A stretch of 38,605 bases of DNA from the NCBI GenBank assembly GCA_047639155.1, contig JBLING010000001.1:1-38605 (forward strand). Direction: 5' to 3'. Positions 25,053-32,880 of the stretch are shown here, one piece after another; the stretch's first letter is position 1; each line of letters opens with the position of its first letter. Position numbers and translations under genes: made by a program. A model generated the notes under the pieces. That model did no database searches, was not told the DNA's origin, and was given only the letters and a program-made list of their open reading frames with translations. Source of the stretch: a bacterium. GTDB lineage: Bacteria; Bacteroidota; Bacteroidia; NS11-12g; UBA9320.

Positions 25053-26291
25053 ATGAATAATAAGATGTGGTTATGGCTAGTGATTGTAACTTGCTCAGCA
25101 TGTGGGGGAAATACGTCATTTCAAAATAGCAATATTTTGGGGTTGTGGAAAATGGAGTTGGCCGCAGATGATGACAGTACATCAATACCTTTCTTTATTG
25201 AGTTTATTGAAATTGATAGTGTTCTTAAAGCCGCGATATGGAACGGGGAGGAACAAATTATTCATGAATCAATTCAGTTTAAGCAAGATTCACTATGGAT
25301 TGAAAGTCCATTTTTTAATTCAACACTTGTTATTGGTTTCAATAAGAATGTAGCTGGCGGTTACTGGGTGGATTATTCCAGAGAGTCGTATAGAATGCCA
25401 CTTATAGGCAAGTACAACCTTTCACAGCGCTTTAGATTCCAAGGGCCGCTGGAAAACACAATTGATGGGAAATGGCAGGTAACCTTCAGTCCGAACACAG
25501 AAGACGCATATAGTGCCATAGGTCTTTTTGAAACGGATGACAATAGTATGAAGGGAACCTTTATAACAGAAACGGGGGACTATCGGTTTTTGGAAGGAGG
25601 ATTTGCTACGAGCCAATTGAAGTTGTCGACGTTTGACGGTTCACATGCATTTTTATTTGAAGCGGACCTATTGAATGACACACTTAGAGGTCAATTTTAT
25701 AGCGGAAAGCACTGGAATGAACCATTTATTGCTTGGAGGAATAAAAACCCAGTCTTAACAGACCCATACCAAATGACAACGCTTGTAGATCAATCTAAAC
25801 CGATTTCATTTGCTTTTAAAGACATGGAGGGCAATTTGGTAACATCTGAAGACTCAGTGTATCACGAAAAGCCAATGCTCGTTCAAATAATTGGAAGTTG
25901 GTGCCCAAATTGCATGGATGAGTTGGCGTTTCTTGTTCAAAACCAAACCGCAATAAAAGAGCTGGGAATTGAAATCGTAGGCCTAAGCTTTGAAAGACTG
26001 GAGTATAACGAGGCCACTGGACCATTAAAGAAACTCAAAAAGAATTTGGGAATTGAATATCCGATTTTATACGGTGGCAAAGCCAATAAAAAGGATGCAG
26101 CAAAAGAGATACCGTGGATTAAGGATATAAAGTCTTACCCAACGTTACTATTCGTCTTGCCCAATAAGAAGGTGTTCAAAATCCATACCGGATTTTATGG
26201 CCCCGGGACAAAGGAATACTACATTCAACAGTCGAGCGAATTGTTGGACGACATGAAACAACTATCGAAATTGTCTAACGCTATTCGGTAA
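25053..26291 (+). CDS. TlpA-like thiol-disulfide oxidoreductase lipoprotein with a large unknown N-terminal domain
   Basis: Lipobox VTCSAC|GG. The C-terminal thioredoxin fold carries GSWCPNCMDE and SYPTLLFV. About 260 aa at the N-terminus are unassigned. Confidence 0.85.
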   Translation: MNNKMWLWLVIVTCSACGGNTSFQNSNILGLWKMELAADDDSTSIPFFIEFIEIDSVLKAAIWNGEEQIIHESIQFKQDSLWIESPFFNSTLVIGFNKNVAGGYWVDYSRESYRMPLIGKYNLSQRFRFQGPLENTIDGKWQVTFSPNTEDAYSAIGLFETDDNSMKGTFITETGDYRFLEGGFATSQLKLSTFDGSHAFLFEADLLNDTLRGQFYSGKHWNEPFIAWRNKNPVLTDPYQMTTLVDQSKPISFAFKDMEGNLVTSEDSVYHEKPMLVQIIGSWCPNCMDELAFLVQNQTAIKELGIEIVGLSFERLEYNEATGPLKKLKKNLGIEYPILYGGKANKKDAAKEIPWIKDIKSYPTLLFVLPNKKVFKIHTGFYGPGTKEYYIQQSSELLDDMKQLSKLSNAIR

Positions 26292-27147
26292 CGACAATCG
26301 ACTTACTCGAGATATTTACAACCCTAAAGAACCCATAGGCACCGCCTTTTATGTTTGATGTTGGATTGAATGGGGGAGGGTCAAACGGTGTTCCCGAACG
26401 CTGCTGTTGGGTAGCAAATTGAGAAACAAAATTATAATACGCCTCACTTATTCGTAATTGCTCTATTGTAACACTGTCGCCTTTTTCAAAACTCCATGGA
26501 AAAGGACGGGGAAAAACGCCCCTATCGATGTCTTTAAGAGGGTCGTCAGGGTCAATCCCAATGTTAAAAAAGCCGGTCTCGCGGAATTCATCTGTATCAA
26601 TCAAATAACCTATTGAGTCAGTTAACAATTCCCCAGCACGATAAATATTCCAAAGATAAAAATCACCTTCTGGTTCATATTCGTTGGCTTTTTCAAAAAT
26701 GTAATACCCAACCGGTATGAAACCATTACGCTCAGGAAGATAATATGATTGTATAAAATCTATAGAATCCTGATAAGAACACTTTTCTGTTGAGCTGTAT
26801 GTATTTGAACCGTGTTTTACTCTAAGCGTGTATGTGTTGCCAACAACACACGTCTTTTCTGTTTTGCTCACATAGTTTCCATCAGTATCATATACCAGTG
26901 TGTCAACATTTCCGTTGTTGTCTTCAACATAGACAATCGCATCGTCAACAAACGAAATTCCAGATTGATCAAAATAGGGTTGAGTTAAGCTTAAATTAAC
27001 ATTCCACAATTCTGTTCTGTTCGAAAGTTGACTTTCAATTACAACTATTGGATCTGCGTTTGGCACGTTAAGCTGAACCACTTTCTCGCATGCACCTAAG
27101 GCAACAAGCAAGCCTAAGAATAAAAGGGTTGTTATAAATTTATTCAT
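26281..27147 (-). CDS. DUF4249-like lipoprotein (TonB-receptor partner)
   Basis: Lipobox ALGAC|EK. It lies 2 nt downstream of a CarboxypepD_reg-type TonB receptor, the usual context for DUF4249. The family call is from memory. Confidence 0.75.
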   Translation of the reverse strand: MNKFITTLLFLGLLVALGACEKVVQLNVPNADPIVVIESQLSNRTELWNVNLSLTQPYFDQSGISFVDDAIVYVEDNNGNVDTLVYDTDGNYVSKTEKTCVVGNTYTLRVKHGSNTYSSTEKCSYQDSIDFIQSYYLPERNGFIPVGYYIFEKANEYEPEGDFYLWNIYRAGELLTDSIGYLIDTDEFRETGFFNIGIDPDDPLKDIDRGVFPRPFPWSFEKGDSVTIEQLRISEAYYNFVSQFATQQQRSGTPFDPPPFNPTSNIKGGAYGFFRVVNISSKSIVVTE

Positions 27148-27149
27148 GA

Positions 27150-29522
27150 TTAAAACTCAAAATTCCAGGTTATAGATGGTAAAATTTTAAATAGCGTCAC
27201 TTGCACTGCAACTTGGTCGCCGCTGCTTACAAAAGTGTTTTCCGAAACCTCGTCAGGTGTTGCAGTCCTGAAATATATCGCATAAGCGTTGGCTCTATTA
27301 TAAGCGTTGTATACCGATAAGTTCCAACTGCTCTTGTATTTTTTGGTGGGTTTATTTTTCCAGGTTATACCAATATCGAGTCGGTGATAATCTGGTAATC
27401 GTGCATTGTTGCGGTCTCCGTACAATGGATACCAATCTCCCTCCCAAAAATACTTGCCATCAGGAGTTGTATAAGGTTTTCCAGTCGTGAATGTGAATGT
27501 CGCCGAAGCAGATAACTGCGTTAATATTTTTCGAGTGGCAACTACAGACAAGTTGTTTCGAATGTCGAAGTTGGCCAGATATGTTTCGTTATTGTTTATA
27601 CCCGTTGTATTCCTGGTCGTTTTTGCTAAAGTGTATGAGATAAAACCATTGGTTCTACCTTCATTCTTGCTTAAGTACACCTCGGCTCCATATGCATCAC
27701 CTGATCCAGTAAGTAATTCTCCATCCAATTTGTCATTAAAAATTAATACAGCGCCATCTCTGTAATCAATTTGGTTCTGCATCGCTTTATAATAAAGTTC
27801 AAAAGATGTTTCATATCCTTTTGCAAAGTTCTTAAACAGACCCACTGCAACTTGATCTGCAATTTGGGGTTTAATGTTCAAGTTGGACGAAAACCATTGA
27901 TCGGTAGGGAAGGCAGAAGCCGTATTTGAAGCCTGTTGAATGTACTGAAAAGTACGATTATACGAAGCTTTTACAGCCGTTTGTTTGGCAACATTGTAGC
28001 TTATGGCAAAGCGTGGTTCTAAGCCCCAATACGTGTTATATATTTCGTTTTGTGCATATACCCTCTCAAGCGTCAGAATGTCGATGGGAGCGTAGTTTTC
28101 ATCTTTTGTATAGCCGTATTCGGTGCCGCCGATATTCGAAAATGACGACAACCGTGCTCCGTATCGAATGTTAAATTTTTCGCTAAATTTTACTTCATCA
28201 TCAATATATATAGCTCCTTCTAAAGCGTTGCGCTCTTCCAAAACTAGGTCTTCACTAAATGTCTTTTTTGTTTCTTCATTTGCCGCAAAGAATGTACCTG
28301 GCTTAAAGTAGTGCCGCGTTAACTGCATACCAAAGCGCAAGGTGTTTTTAGGAGACATGTAATACGTAAAATCAGGTTTAATATAAAAATCCCGAATGTT
28401 TTGTTCGAGACCAAAAGCAGCGTTTTCTGCAAACTCAAAATTGAACCCGTAATTAAAGTCACTAAAAACAAATGACGTGTTCAAGAACAGTTTCTTGTTA
28501 AACAAGTGATTCCACCGCACCGTACCCGTTGCGTTTCCCCAGTTGATACCAAACAAACTGCCGAACCCAAAAACATCACGGCCAAAGTACCCACTGGCAA
28601 ACAACTTGTCTTTTTCAGAAAGCTTGTAGTTCAGCTTTAAGTTTAAATCAAAAAAGTATAATGTGCTTTCTTTCGCCAAATCACTTCCAGCTAGCGGTAG
28701 AAACACATCTGCATATGAACGCCTGCCAGCTACCATGAACGAAGAAGTGTCTTTTTTAATCGGGCCCTCTAAAGTTAATCGACTTGATATTGTTCCGATT
28801 CCTCCTGTTGCACCATATTTCTTCTTATTCCCATCCTTCATTTTAATATCCAACAAAGAGGCTAGACGGCCACCATATTGTGCTGGTATTCCGCCTTTAT
28901 ATACTTGGATATCCTTTATTGCGTCACCATTGAAAACCGAGAAGAAACCAAGTAAATGTGATGCGTTATAAACCGTTGCCTCATCAAGCAAAATCAAATT
29001 TTGATCTTGAGATCCACCCCGAACATTAATTCCCGAATTACCCTCCCCAGCAGATTGGATACCCGGCAAAAGGGTGATGGTCTTCAAAACGTCTACTTCA
29101 CCAAAAATTACAGGAATTTCTTTTATCCTTTTGATATCCATACTTACTACAGAAATCTGCTTGTTCTCGACCTGACGTTCACGTTTTTCTAAGTCAATGA
29201 CAACATCACTCAAGCGCTCACCATTGGGCGTCAATTCTACGTTCAAAGTGGTGTCTTTCTGAAGGGCAATGATTTTGGTAATGGACGCAAAACCGACATA
29301 TTCATATACCAAGGTATACCTCCCTGGATCTAAAGTCAACGAATAAAACCCATAATCATTTGCTTCTGTACCCAAAGCCTTGTCTTTTACAAGAATGGTA
29401 GAGTACAAAAGGTCTTCACCAGAACTGCCATCTGTGATGCGCCCACTAACTGTATATTTTTGTGCAGATACAGATGTGGCTAACAAGGTCACAAGTAACA
29501 GACTATAAAAAACTCGATACAT
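27150..29522 (-). CDS. TonB-dependent receptor with an N-terminal carboxypeptidase-regulatory-like domain
   Basis: YTVSGRITDGSSGEDLLYSTILVKDK, a plug (GGSQDQNLILLDEATVYN) and a beta-barrel ending in the terminal aromatic ...TWNFEF. The start is set at MYRVFYSLLLVTLLATSVSAQ (29522), supported by a -7 box at 29541-29548. Confidence 0.9.
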   Translation of the reverse strand: MYRVFYSLLLVTLLATSVSAQKYTVSGRITDGSSGEDLLYSTILVKDKALGTEANDYGFYSLTLDPGRYTLVYEYVGFASITKIIALQKDTTLNVELTPNGERLSDVVIDLEKRERQVENKQISVVSMDIKRIKEIPVIFGEVDVLKTITLLPGIQSAGEGNSGINVRGGSQDQNLILLDEATVYNASHLLGFFSVFNGDAIKDIQVYKGGIPAQYGGRLASLLDIKMKDGNKKKYGATGGIGTISSRLTLEGPIKKDTSSFMVAGRRSYADVFLPLAGSDLAKESTLYFFDLNLKLNYKLSEKDKLFASGYFGRDVFGFGSLFGINWGNATGTVRWNHLFNKKLFLNTSFVFSDFNYGFNFEFAENAAFGLEQNIRDFYIKPDFTYYMSPKNTLRFGMQLTRHYFKPGTFFAANEETKKTFSEDLVLEERNALEGAIYIDDEVKFSEKFNIRYGARLSSFSNIGGTEYGYTKDENYAPIDILTLERVYAQNEIYNTYWGLEPRFAISYNVAKQTAVKASYNRTFQYIQQASNTASAFPTDQWFSSNLNIKPQIADQVAVGLFKNFAKGYETSFELYYKAMQNQIDYRDGAVLIFNDKLDGELLTGSGDAYGAEVYLSKNEGRTNGFISYTLAKTTRNTTGINNNETYLANFDIRNNLSVVATRKILTQLSASATFTFTTGKPYTTPDGKYFWEGDWYPLYGDRNNARLPDYHRLDIGITWKNKPTKKYKSSWNLSVYNAYNRANAYAIYFRTATPDEVSENTFVSSGDQVAVQVTLFKILPSITWNFEF

Positions 29523-29540
29523 AGAAGGTTGTTTTTTTTG

Positions 29541-29548
29541 CAAAATTA
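29541..29548 (-). promoter_or_regulatory. -7 box TAATTTTG (reverse strand)
   Basis: Plus-strand caaaatta, 18 nt upstream of the ATG at 29522. Confidence 0.45.
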
Positions 29549-29608
29549 CTGGGCTTATTTTGCAGACCAGCACAATTAGACAATCAAACACGAAAAACAG
29601 ACAAAAGT

Positions 29609-30295
29609 TTGAAAATCCTTAGACATATACCCAACGCCTTCACCTTGGCAAATTTGAGCTTAGGTGTTTTGTCCATAATTTGTTCGATGAACCACGAAGT
29701 ATTGTGGGCTGCGACGTTCATTGCATTGGCAACAGTTCCTGATTTTCTAGATGGTTTAATAGCACGGTTGCTTAAGGTTTCATCTGATGTCGGAAAAGAT
29801 TTAGACAGCCTTGCTGACATGGTCAGTTTTGGTGTTGCGCCAGCGATAATGATTTTCAGTCTACAGATGCAATACAACACAGGCTGGATTCAGTATGTTG
29901 CACTCATTCTACCAATGTTCGCAGCGTTGCGACTTGCTATGTTTAATAACGATACCCGACAAGAAAGCGAATTTTTTGGGTTGACAACAACAGTAACGGC
30001 GCTGTGGTTGAGTTCATGGCCGTTTTTGATCGAATACGACAGACACATACCAGAATCAGTCTTTGTTTCTCCTATTTTATTCGTTGGTATTCCAGTAATG
30101 GCTTCTTTCTTAATGGTTGCCAACTTTAGAACATTTTCATTGAAGTTTAAGAATCTAAAGTGGCAAAACAATAAACTTCAATTTGGATTTCTTATTCTGT
30201 GTTTAGGGCACTTGGCATTGTTTGGATTTTTTGGTGTAACTCTTGTCATATTTACCTACATACTTTTATCGTTAATACGTAATTTTGCCGAATGA
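29609..30295 (+). CDS. pssA: CDP-diacylglycerol--serine O-phosphatidyltransferase (CDP-alcohol phosphatidyltransferase family)
   Basis: Signature DFLDGLIARLLKVSSDVGKDLDSLADMVSFG (DGxxARx8Gx3Dx3D) and multiple TM segments. It appears to use a TTG start. The next in-frame Met would delete the conserved N-terminus. Confidence 0.85.
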   Translation: MKILRHIPNAFTLANLSLGVLSIICSMNHEVLWAATFIALATVPDFLDGLIARLLKVSSDVGKDLDSLADMVSFGVAPAIMIFSLQMQYNTGWIQYVALILPMFAALRLAMFNNDTRQESEFFGLTTTVTALWLSSWPFLIEYDRHIPESVFVSPILFVGIPVMASFLMVANFRTFSLKFKNLKWQNNKLQFGFLILCLGHLALFGFFGVTLVIFTYILLSLIRNFAE

Positions 30296-30543
30296 ACTTC
30301 AGAGCAGAAATTAATGTAATGCCGCAAACGGCTTTGTTAGATCCACAAGGAAAGACGGTGCACCAAAGCATGCAACTTCTGGGGTTACAAAAAATTAGTA
30401 ATGTGCGCATTGGCAAACACATTTTAGTTGAACTTGAAGCAGCTGACGAAACGGAAGCAAAAGCAAAAGTTGAGAAGGCCTGTAAAGAACTTCTTGCGAA
30501 CCAAGTTATGGAGCATTATGAGTATGTTCTTGTTGCGGTTTAA
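30292..30543 (+). CDS. purS: Phosphoribosylformylglycinamidine synthase subunit PurS
   Basis: 83 aa. LLDPQGKTVHQSMQLLG...VRIGKHILVELE...ELLANQVMEHYEY closely parallels B. subtilis PurS (from memory). It overlaps pssA by 4 nt (ATGA). Confidence 0.9.
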   Translation: MNFRAEINVMPQTALLDPQGKTVHQSMQLLGLQKISNVRIGKHILVELEAADETEAKAKVEKACKELLANQVMEHYEYVLVAV

Positions 30544-30653
30544 TAGACCATTATTTCCTCTTGTTTTATTATAAGTCCCTATCAAAATTGTGACACAATG
30601 ATTTGGCTTGATGATTTGGCACAATGTGTATATTGCGGCCAAATAATCAAATT

Positions 30654-32402
30654 ATGAAACAATTCTTACGCGTGGTAGCGTCTATCACTTTATGTTTTAC
30701 TTACTTCCTTGCAAATGCTCAAAGTCCTGATGGTTTTAATTATCAAGCGGTAGCAAGAGACAACTCTGGCGAATTATTAAAAAATAAAAGCATAACAGTT
30801 AAAGCAATAGTCCTTTCTGGCCAAAGCGCTTCGAACAAGGTTTATGAAGAAACACACGTAGTAACAACGAGCCAATTGGGCCACTTTAGCCTCGTAGTTG
30901 GACAAGGCTCTACAAGTGATAACTTTTCAAATATCGCGTGGTCAGAGAATCCACACTACCTTAAAATTGAAATAGACCAAGGGGGTGGTTTTGCTGTCAT
31001 GGGAACAGTGGAACTACAATCTGTGCCTTACGCGATGCATAGTAGAACGGCAGAAACAGTTACCAACGTTGACATATCTGCGGACGACCTTAACGACGTT
31101 AACAGTTCTTCAGCGAATACCGGTGAGGTGTTAAAATGGAACGGAACAGAATGGGCGCCAGCAGCTGATGAAAACACTTCAACTACGTATACGGCTGGAA
31201 ACGGAATTGATATTACATCAAATGTAATTTCTGCAAAAAGCGACGACAACATTTGGAATGCCAATAAAATTAGTGGTACGAATGTTACCGCAACCAACGC
31301 AAAAACTGGACAAGCGCTTCGTTGGGATGGTTCTAAGTGGGCTCCAGGTGATGATGCTAGTTCAAGCTATACACCCGGAACAGGAATAACCATTACAAGT
31401 GGTGTGATTGCAACTACACCAAGTGTTCCAATGTGGAACGCCGACAAACTAAATGGTTTTGGTTTAGACAACTCTGCAACACCTAAAAAAGATCAATATT
31501 TACGCTTTACAGGATCGAAAAGGAGTTACACGGATGGAGATACGGCACTATGGAAGAGCAATGGCGACGACATATACCGTGTTGGTGGAATGGTTGGAAT
31601 AAACACAGATGACGCAACGAATAGATTAAAAGTGTGGGATAGTATTAATCATAGTACATCAGGCTTGTTCATTATGACAGATAACGTAATGTATGGTGGC
31701 CTTGGAACTGGAGGCACTTTTTCTGCACAACGATCATTGGTGATTGGCCAAGGTGGCGCGTATGGCTATGGAGCCATTAATGTAATTACTGGGGACGTAC
31801 ATACGCAAGGAGAAGGTATTGGATCTTATACGCTTGCAAGTAGCACTGGCCGCACCAGTATTGCATACTTTGGTAATGCGACAAACGGTAATACGTTTAA
31901 CCTCGGCGTTTATGCTGATGCATCTACATCAGCCAATAGCTCTACAGGAACCAACTATGGGATATTTGCAATTGCTGATAGTGCTGGAACAAACTATGCG
32001 GGATATTTTGCTGGTGATGTAAATTATACTGGAACACTTACAAACGCATCAGACGCGAAACTAAAGTACGACGTACAAGCATTACCTAACGCTATTGAAA
32101 CCATAAAAGCAATTACACCAAAACAGTATTATTATAAACAAGATGGAGAAGCAGAAGCCTTAAAACTTTCTGACGGACTTCAGTTTGGTTTTATAGCGCA
32201 GGAATTAGAAAAAGTTTTGCCGAATCTTGTAAAGGACCAAGTTCAATGGGCGGGTCATAAAAAAGAGGGTCAAATAGAGTACAAAGCGGTGAACTATGTG
32301 GGTTTGATTCCAGTATTAACTCAGGCGATTAAAGAACAGCAGGAGTATATTGACGCTTTAGAAGAACGTTTAAGTGTTTTAGAAAAAACAATTGAGAAGT
32401 AA
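30654..32402 (+). CDS. Secreted tail-fibre-like protein with a C-terminal S74-type intramolecular chaperone domain
   Basis: The start is set at MKQFLRVVASITLCFTYFLANAQ (signal peptide). WNGxxW modules occur at GEVLKWNGTEWAP and GQALRWDGSKWAP. A Gly/Asn/Tyr-rich repeat follows (NYGIFAIADSAGTNYAGYFAGDVNYTG). The sequence then runs SDAKLK...FGFIAQELEKVLPNLV...NYVGLIPVLTQAIKEQQ plus a coiled coil. Confidence 0.85.
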   Translation: MKQFLRVVASITLCFTYFLANAQSPDGFNYQAVARDNSGELLKNKSITVKAIVLSGQSASNKVYEETHVVTTSQLGHFSLVVGQGSTSDNFSNIAWSENPHYLKIEIDQGGGFAVMGTVELQSVPYAMHSRTAETVTNVDISADDLNDVNSSSANTGEVLKWNGTEWAPAADENTSTTYTAGNGIDITSNVISAKSDDNIWNANKISGTNVTATNAKTGQALRWDGSKWAPGDDASSSYTPGTGITITSGVIATTPSVPMWNADKLNGFGLDNSATPKKDQYLRFTGSKRSYTDGDTALWKSNGDDIYRVGGMVGINTDDATNRLKVWDSINHSTSGLFIMTDNVMYGGLGTGGTFSAQRSLVIGQGGAYGYGAINVITGDVHTQGEGIGSYTLASSTGRTSIAYFGNATNGNTFNLGVYADASTSANSSTGTNYGIFAIADSAGTNYAGYFAGDVNYTGTLTNASDAKLKYDVQALPNAIETIKAITPKQYYYKQDGEAEALKLSDGLQFGFIAQELEKVLPNLVKDQVQWAGHKKEGQIEYKAVNYVGLIPVLTQAIKEQQEYIDALEERLSVLEKTIEK

Positions 32403-32403
32403 T

Positions 32404-32880
32404 ATGAGCATCAGAAATATAACATTGCTGACCGCTCTGCTTTTTGCAACCTCGGTCAGTGCACAATCCATAGAAAGAAGTGTTGTGAGCACAGGTGGAA
32501 ATACCTCAACAACCGCTTCGCTTTCAATAGAATATACAATAGGGGAGATGGCTTTCGGCCAGTATTCAAACACATCTATAGATTTATCCGCTGGGTTTAA
32601 TCAGGCGTATGAGACTGATAACTCATCCATTCCTGTTGTAACCTCGGTAGGAAGGGTTTCGGTTTATCCCAATCCTACAAACGCTTCTTTAAATGTATTA
32701 AGTTCGTCAAATTGTACTGTTCGTATAACATCTGTTCAGGGATTAGTAATGAGTCACTCTGTCGAAATTACAGGTGCGTTGATACACACACTAAATGTTT
32801 CGCATTATGCTTCTGGTCTATACATCCTAGAAGTTTCGAATGGATTTGAAGTGAGTTATACGAAGTGGATAAAGAACTAG
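32404..32880 (+). CDS. Small secreted protein with a T9SS type A sorting domain
   Basis: The start MSIRNITLLTALLFATSVSAQ lies 1 nt after the preceding stop. The C-terminus VYPNPTNASLNVLS...ASGLYILEVSNGFEVSYTKWIKN follows the Por_Secre_tail pattern. Confidence 0.8.
   Translation: MSIRNITLLTALLFATSVSAQSIERSVVSTGGNTSTTASLSIEYTIGEMAFGQYSNTSIDLSAGFNQAYETDNSSIPVVTSVGRVSVYPNPTNASLNVLSSSNCTVRITSVQGLVMSHSVEITGALIHTLNVSHYASGLYILEVSNGFEVSYTKWIKN

Noticed and set aside
24947-25054. The long N-terminal extension of the first TonB receptor (track start at 25054). A similar extension exists at 29523-29591 for the second receptor.
   Set aside because: Each extension precedes a perfectly good Met plus signal peptide (MRFKLLL.../MYRVFYS...). 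The first would overlap the divergent gene's promoter and start. For the second receptor, the -7 box at 29541-29548 lies inside the extension.
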